Below, piece after piece: positions 32,053 through 41,205 of a stretch of 64,000 bases of DNA (position 1 is the first letter of the stretch; every line of letters begins with the position of its first letter). The stretch spans positions 20,575 to 84,574 of the forward strand of contig JAEEKE010000030.1 of the NCBI GenBank assembly GCA_016282255.1, written 5' to 3'. The notes beneath the pieces are model-generated. The model was not told the DNA's origin and made no database searches. It worked only from the letters and a program-made list of their open reading frames with translations. The translations under genes were made by a program, and so were the position numbers. This DNA is from Bacillota bacterium (GTDB taxonomy: Bacteria > Bacillota > Clostridia > Christensenellales > CAG-138).

Positions 32053-32859
32053 ATGGCAGAGACGAAGCAAAGAAACATATGGGGCGGCGTTTTTCAGGCG
32101 CTGCTTATCATAGTGGGAGCGGCGCTTTCGGCCGAATCCCTGCTTGCCGTCAGCATGACAGCGAAGCTTCACCTCGGCATCATAATGCCGTTCATCATCG
32201 GATTCCCGCTGTTTCTCGTCGGAGTGTTCTATAAACCCATCTGCAGACTCTCCGAAAAGTACAGGCTCGTACGGATCCTTAAATACTGCATGATCGCGGT
32301 CTACGTCGCTTTCTTTCTGCTGTTCGGCGTCACGACGGCGCTGATACTGATCAATTCAGCCGAGCCGCAGCAGAGGGATATCGACGCCGTGATCGTCCTC
32401 GGCGCGGGGATACGCGGGAACGCGCCTTCGGCGACGCTCGCGTACAGGCTCGACAAGGCCGCGGCGCTGTACCGCGAGGACCCGTCGCTCTCGATCATCG
32501 TAAGCGGCGGCCGCGGGCAGGACGAGGTCACGAGCGAGGCCTCCGTTATGCGGGCCCGGCTCATCTCGCTGGGCGTTCCCGAGAGCTCGATCATCATGGA
32601 GGACCGCTCGACCAGCACCGAGGAGAACTTCGTTTTCTCGATGGAGCTCGTCGCCTCCGATAAGGAAAGGTTCGGCAGCGAACCTAAGCTTGCCTTCGTC
32701 ACCTCCCGGTTCCACGTTTTCAGGGCGGAACGTATAGCCAAAAAGCTGGGCATCGAGGCGGTCGGCTTCCCCGCAAGGGAGTATAAACCGCTGATCCTCA
32801 ACAATTACCTTCGCGAATGCGCGGCCATAGTGCAGTATTTTCTGACGGGCCGGATGTAG
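32053..32859 (+). CDS. YdcF/ElyC-family (DUF218) membrane-associated protein
   Basis: 268 aa. N-terminal TM helices followed by VIVLGAGIRGNAPSATLAYRLDKAAALY...IIVSGG. Confidence 0.8.
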   Translation: MAETKQRNIWGGVFQALLIIVGAALSAESLLAVSMTAKLHLGIIMPFIIGFPLFLVGVFYKPICRLSEKYRLVRILKYCMIAVYVAFFLLFGVTTALILINSAEPQQRDIDAVIVLGAGIRGNAPSATLAYRLDKAAALYREDPSLSIIVSGGRGQDEVTSEASVMRARLISLGVPESSIIMEDRSTSTEENFVFSMELVASDKERFGSEPKLAFVTSRFHVFRAERIAKKLGIEAVGFPAREYKPLILNNYLRECAAIVQYFLTGRM

Positions 32860-32980
32860 CTTTACCGGGTTTTCCTGCGGAGCGTTTAACGATAAATTGC
32901 TTATTGTTTTACCAAATGCTCTGTGTTATAATAAAGATTGCGAGAAAAAAGCGCAGATTTGCCAGACAGGAGGCTCAATT

Positions 32981-33616
32981 ATGCTGAACAATCACATCAC
33001 CGTCCCGGCCAAGGGCAACAGGCGTATAAAGCTGACGATCTACCCCGGCCATTTTGCAACGAGCCATGCCCATGTTGATAACTATATCAGCATGACCGAG
33101 CTGCGAACGAGCAGCAACATGGCGTCCGAGACCGCCGAGGAGCTGGCAAAGGTATTCAAATACATCCAGGTCGATACGATCATCTGCCTTGAGTACACCC
33201 AGAATATCGGTGCGATGCTCGCAAAGGAGCTCACGGGCGGCAGGCGCGACGTCAACAGCGGCAACGATATCCACGTCATCACCCCCGCTATCAACTCCAA
33301 CAACCAGCTGACCTTCACGAGCGACACCCAGCCCTTCGTGACCGACCGCAATGTGCTGATACTGCTTTCGACCATTTCTACCGGCCGCAGCCTCTCCAGA
33401 GCGCAGGAATGCGTCGGCTACTACGGCGGCAGGCTCGTGGGCATCGGCGCGATCTTCTCCGCCATCGAGGAGAGCGACGGTGTTCCCGTGCACTGCCTCT
33501 TCAAGCCCGAGGATCTGGGCAGCTACAACAGCTACCACAGCAACGAGTGCCCATACTGCGCCAGCGGCCGCAAGCTCGACGGCTTCATCACCACGGGCGG
33601 CTACAACGAGCTCTGA
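32981..33616 (+). CDS. Phosphoribosyltransferase-like protein (PyrE-like fold, function unknown)
   Basis: The ORF track gives 32897..33616. The preferred ATG is 32981, with AGGAGG 7 nt upstream. PRPP-loop-like NVLILLSTISTGRSL. C-terminal CPYC. Confidence 0.55.
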   Translation: MLNNHITVPAKGNRRIKLTIYPGHFATSHAHVDNYISMTELRTSSNMASETAEELAKVFKYIQVDTIICLEYTQNIGAMLAKELTGGRRDVNSGNDIHVITPAINSNNQLTFTSDTQPFVTDRNVLILLSTISTGRSLSRAQECVGYYGGRLVGIGAIFSAIEESDGVPVHCLFKPEDLGSYNSYHSNECPYCASGRKLDGFITTGGYNEL

Positions 33617-33632
33617 TTCCAAAACAAAAACA

Positions 33633-33670
33633 GCGGTCCCATTTCATATGGGATCGCCTTTTTCTTTTGC
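33633..33670 (+). terminator. Intrinsic terminator
   Basis: GCGGTCCCAT-TTCAT-ATGGGATCGC (10-bp stem with one G.U pair) followed by CTTTTTCTTTT. Confidence 0.75.
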
Positions 33671-33873
33671 CCGCGGGCATGAAACCGAACTTCCGCCCGC
33701 GGAGAAAAGTTTTTTCGCGCCAAAAGGAAAATGACAAAAAGCTTGCCTGCTTAAGAGATCCAACATTGAACGGTACGGATAACGGATAACCAAAGTGAAT
33801 AACGCTAAACCTTAACTTTGGACCTTAACGACCGATCTTTGAAAAGAAGTTCTTTTGACGCGACGGAAAGGGC

Positions 33874-34377
33874 TTACAGATCTATCTCCATCGTCTCGGT
33901 GTTATTGAGCACGTCGAGCGCGGTCTGTACGTTTGCGAGCAGCGCCGAAACGGCCTTTAGGTCGGCCGCGGCCTGTTCAACGTCGTAATTCGCATAGCGG
34001 TAGTCGATCACGGCGCTCTGCCCGAGGGTCCTCTCCCTCGTTTTCGGGAGGACGGACGCCATCTGGGAAAGCTTGCTCTTCTTCTGAGTGAGCTGCGGGA
34101 TATAGACGAGCACCTCGTCGATCGTCATATCGAAGCCCGGGACCTTGTGAGTGGTGTTGAAGACGTTGATCGCATGCTTGACCATGCGGATCTTTTTCTC
34201 AACGGTCTCAAGCGCTTCGCCGACGGCCGCGTAGTCGTAGGCAGGGCGCACGGAATCGAGCTCCTCGGTAGTGGCGGCAACGAAGGTCCTTGCCTGGGAT
34301 TCGGCGTAAAGCAGATTGTCGCGCTCTTCATTGAGCTGACGGAGCAGTTTTGCGGCTTCCGCGGAAGTGTATTTCAT
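33874..34377 (-). CDS. Conserved hypothetical coiled-coil protein (possibly DIP1984/septicolysin-like)
   Basis: 167-aa ORF downstream of PqqD copy 2 in the same orientation. Helical heptad-like sequence. The family assignment rests only on length and pattern resemblance. Confidence 0.5.
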   Translation of the reverse strand: MKYTSAEAAKLLRQLNEERDNLLYAESQARTFVAATTEELDSVRPAYDYAAVGEALETVEKKIRMVKHAINVFNTTHKVPGFDMTIDEVLVYIPQLTQKKSKLSQMASVLPKTRERTLGQSAVIDYRYANYDVEQAAADLKAVSALLANVQTALDVLNNTETMEIDL

Positions 34378-34424
34378 AGTCTTTCCTTTCAGATGCTGTT
34401 GCAGCGTCGTTTTTATATTACTGT

Positions 34425-34685
34425 TTAATCGATGACAGCGCCTATGGAGCGCAGTTCGGTGACGGCGCGGTGAACGTCCGCCGCTATTTTTTCGCGGGGA
34501 GCGTCGTATTTATCGAAGAGCTTTTCAACGAGCTCCTCCTCGGTCGTTTCGCATTCGAGCAGGGCAAGGATCTCGCCGAAGGTATCGTTGCCCTTTGCAA
34601 GCCCGAAAAATCCGGCCGCGCCGGTGGGCACGAGGATGGACTCCCTGCCCGTGTTGTGTGCTATGAATTCCTTGCTGAGTTTCAT
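34425..34685 (-). CDS. PqqD-family protein, copy 2 (orphan)
   Basis: The ORF track gives 34425..34865. The preferred ATG is 34685 (MKLSKEFIAHN...), with GAAAGGAAG upstream. The 86-aa sequence LAKGNDTFGEILALLECETTEEELVEKLFDKYDAPREKIAADVHRAVTELRSIGAV is a classic PqqD pattern. Confidence 0.75.
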   Translation of the reverse strand: MKLSKEFIAHNTGRESILVPTGAAGFFGLAKGNDTFGEILALLECETTEEELVEKLFDKYDAPREKIAADVHRAVTELRSIGAVID

Positions 34686-34826
34686 ATGCTTCCTTTCGCG
34701 GCGATCTGAGTCGGCGCCGCAGGTCCTGAGCGAGGGATGCGCTCCCCCATCACGGCAATTGTACACTTCTTTCATGCCGGTGTCAATCCCCGGCGGCATG
34801 CATGCTCTCCGTTCGTCCCGATCCGG

Positions 34827-34855
34827 CAGATTACTGTTGACATTTTCAACAGAAT
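34827..34855 (+). promoter_or_regulatory. Candidate promoter TTGACA-N17-TAGCAT with extended -10 TG
   Basis: TTGACA at 34827-34832, TGT at 34847-34849, TAGCAT at 34850-34855. About 90 nt upstream of the XRE-UGDH ATG. Confidence 0.4.
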
Positions 34856-34944
34856 ATGTTAGCATGCGTGTGTGATAGATCTACGAATGTGCATACTGTT
34901 TATAATATGCAACAATACGGACGATTATCTGTGAGGTCATTGAT

Positions 34945-36447
34945 ATGAAGAAGTTTTCCAGAACACGGTTCGGCGAGACGATCCGCTCAAGGCGCAGGGC
35001 GCTCGGGATCACGCAGACGCAGCTTTCCGAAAGGACCGGCATCAACCGCTCGGTGCTTTCGAGCATGGAAACGGGCGCGCATACGCCCAATATGGAGCAG
35101 CTCGAAACGATCGCCGACGCGCTTGAGTTCGATATCGCGGATATGTTCGTCGACCGGGAGACCGAAAAGCCGGTCATGAACAGGCGGTACAGGATAGCGG
35201 TGGCGGGAACCGGCTACGTCGGTCTTTCGCTCGCCGTGCTGCTCGCCCGGCACAATGACGTGACGGCGGTCGACATCGTCCCCGAAAAGGTCGAGAAGCT
35301 GAACCGGCACGTTTCGCCCATCCAGGATGAATACATCGAAAAATACCTCGCGGAAGCGGCTGCGGGAAAGCGCGAGCTAAGTCTAACCGCTACGACGGAC
35401 GGGGCCGCCGCCTATAAAGACGCCGATTACGTCATCATCGCGGCGCCGACGAACTACGACCCTAAGCAGAACTTCTTCGACTGCTCGGCGGTCGAGGCGG
35501 TCGTCGACCTGGTGCTGAGCGCTTCCGCCGGCTGTGATAAAAAGCCCGTCATCGTCATAAAATCGACCGTTCCCGTCGGGTACACCGAGCATCTTAAGGC
35601 GCGCACGGGCGAGGCGAACATCCTTTTCAGCCCCGAGTTTCTTAGGGAATCCAAGGCGCTGTACGACAACCTCTACCCCAGCCGCATCATCGTCGGCTGC
35701 TCGGAGGCGACCCGCGATGCGGCGGAGGTTTTCGCCGGCCTGCTCCGGCAGGGAGCCATTAAGCACCCCGTAGAAACGCTGTTCATGGGCTGCACCGAGG
35801 CGGAGGCGACGAAGCTGTTTGTCAACACCTATCTTGCGCTGCGCGTATCCTACTTCAACGAGCTGGATACCTATGCCGAGATCAAGGGACTGAATACGGC
35901 TTCCATAATCAAGGGCGTCTGCCTCGATCCGCGCGTCGGGGATTATTACAACAACCCCTCCTTCGGCTACGGCGGCTACTGCCTGCCCAAGGATACCAAA
36001 CAGCTGCTTGCGAATTATCGGGACGTGCCCGAGAATCTTATCCAGGCGATAGTCGAGAGCAACCGCACGAGGAAGGATTTCATCGCCGACCGAGTGCTCG
36101 AGATCGCGGGCACCTACGGCAACAGCGAGGAGTACTCCGAGCAGAAGGAGCTCTTCCAGAGACAGGTCGTGGTCGGCGTCTACAGGCTGACGATGAAATC
36201 CAATTCGGATAATTTCCGCCAGTCATCGATTCAGGGCGTTATGAAGCGCATCAAGGCCAAGGGCGCCGTTGTGGTGATCTATGAGCCTACGCTCGAGGAC
36301 GGCAGCACGTTCTTCGGCAGCAAGGTCATAAACGACCTGAGGCGCTTTAAGAAGATCTGCGGCTGCATCATCGCGAACAGATACGATACCGCGCTCGACG
36401 ACGTGGCCGAAAAGGTCTACACAAGAGATATCTTCAGGAGGGATTGA
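34945..36447 (+). CDS. ugd: XRE-family HTH domain fused in frame to UDP-glucose 6-dehydrogenase
   Basis: 500 aa. Residues ~8-65 ([48 protein letters not shown]) are an HTH_3/XRE domain. From ~82 onward, [19 protein letters not shown]... and [10 protein letters not shown] (catalytic Cys) mark a UDP-glucose/GDP-mannose dehydrogenase. Confidence 0.85.
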   Translation: MKKFSRTRFGETIRSRRRALGITQTQLSERTGINRSVLSSMETGAHTPNMEQLETIADALEFDIADMFVDRETEKPVMNRRYRIAVAGTGYVGLSLAVLLARHNDVTAVDIVPEKVEKLNRHVSPIQDEYIEKYLAEAAAGKRELSLTATTDGAAAYKDADYVIIAAPTNYDPKQNFFDCSAVEAVVDLVLSASAGCDKKPVIVIKSTVPVGYTEHLKARTGEANILFSPEFLRESKALYDNLYPSRIIVGCSEATRDAAEVFAGLLRQGAIKHPVETLFMGCTEAEATKLFVNTYLALRVSYFNELDTYAEIKGLNTASIIKGVCLDPRVGDYYNNPSFGYGGYCLPKDTKQLLANYRDVPENLIQAIVESNRTRKDFIADRVLEIAGTYGNSEEYSEQKELFQRQVVVGVYRLTMKSNSDNFRQSSIQGVMKRIKAKGAVVVIYEPTLEDGSTFFGSKVINDLRRFKKICGCIIANRYDTALDDVAEKVYTRDIFRRD

Positions 36448-36448
36448 G

Positions 36449-37519
36449 ATGGGCAAGACGCATATCGATCTTAACGGAAAGACCGTGCTCGTTACCGGCT
36501 CTCCCGGCTTCGTCGGCGCGAACCTGGTGCTGCGTCTGCTCGACGAGATGGAAGCCGGCACTATCGTCAGTTTTGACAATATGATCGATTATTACGATCC
36601 CGGGCTCAAGGAATACAGACTTTCGCTTATCGAAGCAAAGGCCTCCGTTTCGCCGGTCAGGCACGTCTTTATCCGCGGCTCCATCGCCGACAAATCGCTC
36701 GTAAACGAGGTGTTCCGCAAGTACCGGCCCGCAGTCGCGGTCAATCTTGCCGCGCAGGCCGGCGTCCGCTACTCGATCGAGCATCCGGACGTATACATTG
36801 AAAGCAATCTGATCGGCTTCTTCAACATCCTTGAGGCCTGCCGAAGCTTCCCGGTCGAGCATCTCGTGTACGCTTCATCAAGCTCCGTCTACGGAGGCAA
36901 TAAGAAGGTGCCGTTCAGCACCGAGGATAAGGTCGACAACCCCGTTTCGCTCTATGCGGCCACAAAGAAATCGAACGAGCTGCTCGCCCACAGCTATTCC
37001 AAGCTCTATAACATCCCCTCGACCGGCCTTCGCTTCTTCACGGTGTACGGTCCCGCGGGGCGCCCGGATATGTTTTACTTCAGCGCCACGGATAAGCTCG
37101 TGGCCGGCGGAACGATCAAGATCTTCAATTACGGCAACTGCAAGCGCGATTTTACCTACGTGGACGATATCGTTGAGGGCGTACTGCGCGTGATGCGGGG
37201 CGCGCCCGAAAAACGCACGGGCGACGACGGGCTGCCCCTCCCCCCTTATGCCGTCTACAACATCGGCGGCGGGACTCCGGAAAACCTGCTCGACTTCGTC
37301 CGCACGCTGCAGGAGGAGCTCGTTTCGGCGGGCGTGCTTCCCGAGGATTATGATTTTGAGGTGCACAGGGAGCTCGTGCCGATGCAGCCGGGCGACGTGC
37401 CCGTCACCTTCGCAGACTCCTCCGCGCTCGAAAACGACTACGGTTTCCGCCCGTCGATCGGGATACGCGATGGACTGAGGCGCTTTGCCCAGTGGTATAA
37501 AGCGTATTACATGAGCTGA
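36449..37519 (+). CDS. NAD-dependent epimerase, UDP-glucuronate 4-epimerase-like
   Basis: 356 aa. VLVTGSPGFVGANL, the YAATKKSNE (YxxxK) motif and FFTVYGPAGRPDM are typical of Cap1J/LpsL-type UDP-GlcA epimerases. Starts 2 nt after ugd. Confidence 0.8.
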   Translation: MGKTHIDLNGKTVLVTGSPGFVGANLVLRLLDEMEAGTIVSFDNMIDYYDPGLKEYRLSLIEAKASVSPVRHVFIRGSIADKSLVNEVFRKYRPAVAVNLAAQAGVRYSIEHPDVYIESNLIGFFNILEACRSFPVEHLVYASSSSVYGGNKKVPFSTEDKVDNPVSLYAATKKSNELLAHSYSKLYNIPSTGLRFFTVYGPAGRPDMFYFSATDKLVAGGTIKIFNYGNCKRDFTYVDDIVEGVLRVMRGAPEKRTGDDGLPLPPYAVYNIGGGTPENLLDFVRTLQEELVSAGVLPEDYDFEVHRELVPMQPGDVPVTFADSSALENDYGFRPSIGIRDGLRRFAQWYKAYYMS

Positions 37520-37525
37520 CAGAAC

Positions 37526-37557
37526 AGAGCCTGCCTTCAAGGCAGGCTCTCTTTTTG
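37526..37557. terminator. Bidirectional intrinsic terminator
   Basis: AGAGCCTGCC-TTCAA-GGCAGGCTCT followed by CTTTTT. Lies between convergent genes ending at 37519 (+) and 37565 (-). Confidence 0.8.
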
Positions 37558-37564
37558 ATTCACG

Positions 37565-39109
37565 TCAGGCGCTCTTTTTCTTTTTTCTGAACTTTGACAG
37601 GACCAGTTCGACGATCTCGTGCATCTCGGTGATCCGGAGCAGCTTGGTGCCCGCAAAATAGATCGCGACGCCTATGACCGCTGAAACGGCCAGCACGACA
37701 AACTTGTTCGCACGGACGAAAGTAAACAGGAGCCTTGGAACGCCGCAGGAAACGATCGAAAGGAGCAGTACCTTGCCGACGATCATCAGTATCCGCCTGA
37801 CGTCGATCTGAACGTATTTCCGCGTAACGGCGAAGCGGACGAACATCATTATGATCGACAGCGACGAGGTCGTGACGGCTAAACCCGCCGCGCCCCAGAG
37901 CTTGATGAAGACGAGGTTGAGGCAGACGTTTGACACGACGCCTATGACGGTCAGGATCATGGGCGTCTTAGTGTTGCCGTGCCCGTAGAAGATGTTGTTG
38001 AGCACGCCGTTGGTAGCCGAAGAGAAGAAAGCGACGCAGTAGATCGCAAAGATCGTGGCCGTGATCGCAACGTTTTCGGCGTTGAACGAACCGCGCTCGA
38101 ACGCGGCGGAGACGATCTCCGTTCTGAAAAGGATGCAGGCCGTGGTAAGCGGGATCATCAGCACGGCGAAGATGTCCACGATCTTTACCACGAGGCTGCT
38201 CAGCTCTTTGTTCTTTTCAAGCGCGATCAGCTCTATCATCTGGGGGTAGAGCGCCGTGGAGATCGCGGTGGAGATCAGTCCGCTGAAAACATGCGTGAGC
38301 TTGCCGGCGTAGTTGAGTGCGGAGATCGTGCCGGCCGGGAGCCCGGACGCCATCGCCTTGTCGATGAGGGAATTGAGCTTGGTCACGCTTTCGATGATGA
38401 GCACGTACGGAAGGCGCTTCATCATCGCGGACATCTCGGGCGACTTCATCTTGAAGTCGGGTTTATAGCGATAACCCCAGTCGACGAAGAACAGCTCCAC
38501 CACGAGCCGCAGCAGGCCGCCGATTATCAGCGCCACCGCAAGGGCCTTTATGCCGAATACACGGTAAAAGAGCACCGCGGCGAGCAGCGTCGGTATATGC
38601 GAAACGACCTCTCTTATCTGGCTGCCGAAGAACTTGTTGTGGCTCTGCAGCATCGCCGCGTACACCGCCGACGCGATGATCGTGAAATACATCGGGGCGG
38701 AGATCCTGACGAGCTGGATGCAGAGCTCCCGCGTTTCGCCTTCAAAGCCCGGGGCTACGACGCGCACCACCAGGCCGGTGAACAGCATTATGAACGCCGT
38801 GATCGCAACGGCGATCAGGGTGAAGAAGGTTATGACTTTATCGGCAAAGGCATTGGCCTCGGCCAGCTTGTTATGGCTGAGCTTTTCTTTATACAGCGGG
38901 AGGAACACCTTCCAGATGCCCACGCTTATCATGGGATAGATAACCTGCTGTATGCCGGAGACCATGTAATAAGCGTCGCTCTTGTAGGTCGCCCCAAGGT
39001 ATGCGGCAAGAACGGCGTCCGTCGCAAATGCCGTGAGCTTTGCGGCGATGCCGACTATCGCGATAATGATCGCACCGTTGAATACCTTGTTTTTAGCGGA
39101 ACCGTCCAT
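37565..39109 (-). CDS. MurJ/MviN-family MOP flippase (lipid-linked oligosaccharide flippase)
   Basis: 514 aa, about 14 TM helices. The N-terminus GAIIIAIVGIAAKLTAFATDAVLAAYLGATYKSDAYY is typical of MurJ. It is the last gene of the EPS operon, so it may act as Wzx. Confidence 0.8.
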   Translation of the reverse strand: MDGSAKNKVFNGAIIIAIVGIAAKLTAFATDAVLAAYLGATYKSDAYYMVSGIQQVIYPMISVGIWKVFLPLYKEKLSHNKLAEANAFADKVITFFTLIAVAITAFIMLFTGLVVRVVAPGFEGETRELCIQLVRISAPMYFTIIASAVYAAMLQSHNKFFGSQIREVVSHIPTLLAAVLFYRVFGIKALAVALIIGGLLRLVVELFFVDWGYRYKPDFKMKSPEMSAMMKRLPYVLIIESVTKLNSLIDKAMASGLPAGTISALNYAGKLTHVFSGLISTAISTALYPQMIELIALEKNKELSSLVVKIVDIFAVLMIPLTTACILFRTEIVSAAFERGSFNAENVAITATIFAIYCVAFFSSATNGVLNNIFYGHGNTKTPMILTVIGVVSNVCLNLVFIKLWGAAGLAVTTSSLSIIMMFVRFAVTRKYVQIDVRRILMIVGKVLLLSIVSCGVPRLLFTFVRANKFVVLAVSAVIGVAIYFAGTKLLRITEMHEIVELVLSKFRKKKKSA

Positions 39110-39125
39110 GCGCTGTTCTTGACTG

Positions 39126-39956
39126 TTATTCGCTTTCTTTAGAGCTCATCCGGGCCTTTCTCATCGACTCCAATGTGTTGACCGTTTTCCTTGCGTTCAT
39201 TGCGGCGTCTATCTTCGCCTGCGGCGGGAACTTCATATAATCGCCGTACATCGTGCGCAGGACGCTGTCGTATTGCTCGGGTATGCGGACCTTGAAATCG
39301 GCATAATCGGCAAGCACGGTGTTGTCGAGCATTTCCCTCGGGTAAACGTACTGGCGCTTGGTGACGTTGACGCCGACGTTCTTTGCCTTTTCATAGGGGT
39401 ATTTATCGCACAGCTTGTCGAACCGCTTGCAGATGCTTTGGGTCTTGATCGGTTTAAGGAGCTTTCTGAGCTTTTGTATCTTGGCCTTCTTTTCGCCCGA
39501 GTACATCCTCAGATCAGCTTCCTTCACAAGACGCATTTCGAGCAGCAGACGGCCTTTTTTCCTGTATGCCTTATATTTCTTCGTATTTTCGGGGAAGCCC
39601 ACAAGGCGGTAGACATCTATATGGCTCGTGTGCGTATCGTACCCGGAGATTCCGATGCGGGCAAAGATTTTCGGCGAGCTGAGCCCGGATCTGAAATCCA
39701 CCCAGTAGTCGTCCGGCAGCTTTTGGTTCAGGGTATCGATAAACCTCGCGTACTCGTTTTCGGGAACGGCGATATCGATATCGTAATCCCACGGGATCGG
39801 CCCCTTATGCCTTACCGTTCCGAGAAGCGAACCGAAGAACATGCAGTACGGAATGCTTTCGTCCTCGAGGATCCCCGCGACCGTTCTGAGCATATTCGTG
39901 CCTATCTCCTGCAATTCGCCCATCGAACACTCAAAGCTTTTGATCTCTGCATCCAT
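39126..39956 (-). CDS. LicD-family phosphotransferase
   Basis: 276 aa. FFGSLLGTVRHKGPIPWDYDIDIAV (DxD) is the LicD/fukutin-type nucleotidyltransferase-fold hallmark. Confidence 0.85.
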   Translation of the reverse strand: MDAEIKSFECSMGELQEIGTNMLRTVAGILEDESIPYCMFFGSLLGTVRHKGPIPWDYDIDIAVPENEYARFIDTLNQKLPDDYWVDFRSGLSSPKIFARIGISGYDTHTSHIDVYRLVGFPENTKKYKAYRKKGRLLLEMRLVKEADLRMYSGEKKAKIQKLRKLLKPIKTQSICKRFDKLCDKYPYEKAKNVGVNVTKRQYVYPREMLDNTVLADYADFKVRIPEQYDSVLRTMYGDYMKFPPQAKIDAAMNARKTVNTLESMRKARMSSKESE

Positions 39957-39960
39957 GACC

Positions 39961-41205
39961 TTAACCTTCTTTCCAAAGCATTCTTCCGTTCGCGCCGGTA
40001 TTTGCAGGCCCGATCCGGTTTTGATAATACGGCTGCTGTTCCTTGATAATGCCTTTTGCTATCGCCGCGGCAAACATGACTATGCTCCAATAGACCAGAC
40101 GACGCATTGAAAAACCTGCTATGCCATAGGCATAAACCGCAATAATCGGAGGCACCAGCGTCCAATCCGCCGCCCACAGCTGTCTGAAGAGCTGTACGGT
40201 ATAGACCGCAAAGAACCCGAAACCCACCAAACCGGTTGCGGAAAGGATCTCAAGGTAAGTGTTGTGAAATTCTATCCGGCCGTTCAGGGCGTGTATGCCG
40301 GGACCCAGACCGAATATCGGATCCTTTTTGAAAGCATTGCCGATCGACGCGAAGATGGTCAGTCGCCCCTCTCCGTTCGGATCATCCTGGATCCAGGCAT
40401 ATACGTAGTCATAGATATACCTGTACGTCAGCAGGACAATCAGAGCTACGGCAGCAATGGATATGAACAGGATTATGCCGCGCTTTAGCTTGTTTCCGAT
40501 ATTCGCAATGGCAAGGAGACCCATCGACGTAGCCCCGAGCACCAAAGCTATGACGCCCGTTGACGATGCGGTCTGTATCATCAGCAACACCGAAGCTAAC
40601 GCCAGGAGCAGGCTCAGCAAAACATGCTTTTTAAGCGCTGCGTTCCTCAGGAATACAAAAGTCACCCCGCAGAGGAGCACGGCGACCTGGTGGGGGTTGG
40701 TGCCTCCGCCGGAGTACCGTATGCTCGAGTACCAAAGCGGAGCGCCGAGGAATCTCGTGCTGACGGTAATACTATAGATGTAAAGAAATATCTGCCAAAC
40801 CGTGGTCATAACAACGTATGTATTGAAAAGCTTTTCGTTATACTCCAAGGAGTTTTTCGAAAGACCCTGGAACACCATCACGGCTATAAAGGCAAGATAG
40901 AACCACGTCAGCAGACCGCTTAAATAAAGCTCGTTTCTTGCTATAAAAAAGCCAGCAATGCTGCCGATTAGCATAGCGGTAAGATAACCTATAAAAAACT
41001 TCAGGATATTGCTGACAAGCAGTTTTGAGTTCGTGAACGTCCACAGACTCCATACCAGGCAGATGATCTCCGCAGGGCCGACCTTCCAAACGCGAAGTCC
41101 CGTCATCGGCGCGAAACAGAAACCGATGATGAGCAGCCAGTCCATCGGTTTGATCCTTATAGTATTCGCTTTTCCAAGCGTTTTGCCGCCGAAGCTAATC
41201 TTCAT
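39961..41205 (-). CDS. O-antigen polymerase/ligase-family membrane protein (Wzy-like)
   Basis: 414 aa, more than 10 TM helices, with a large loop RYSGGGTNPHQVA typical of the Wzy_C domain. Low GC (~37% in a sampled line). Confidence 0.75.
   Translation of the reverse strand: MKISFGGKTLGKANTIRIKPMDWLLIIGFCFAPMTGLRVWKVGPAEIICLVWSLWTFTNSKLLVSNILKFFIGYLTAMLIGSIAGFFIARNELYLSGLLTWFYLAFIAVMVFQGLSKNSLEYNEKLFNTYVVMTTVWQIFLYIYSITVSTRFLGAPLWYSSIRYSGGGTNPHQVAVLLCGVTFVFLRNAALKKHVLLSLLLALASVLLMIQTASSTGVIALVLGATSMGLLAIANIGNKLKRGIILFISIAAVALIVLLTYRYIYDYVYAWIQDDPNGEGRLTIFASIGNAFKKDPIFGLGPGIHALNGRIEFHNTYLEILSATGLVGFGFFAVYTVQLFRQLWAADWTLVPPIIAVYAYGIAGFSMRRLVYWSIVMFAAAIAKGIIKEQQPYYQNRIGPANTGANGRMLWKEG

Noticed and set aside
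32897-32980. Upstream start (32897) for the phosphoribosyltransferase-like gene
   Set aside because: The extra 28 codons have no SD. ATG 32981 is preceded by AGGAGG at ideal spacing.
34686-34865. Long version (146 aa) of the PqqD copy 2 ORF
   Set aside because: The N-terminal 60 residues are Arg/Cys/Pro-rich with no SD and span the divergent promoter region. The internal ATG at 34685 has a good SD and yields a canonical 86-aa PqqD.
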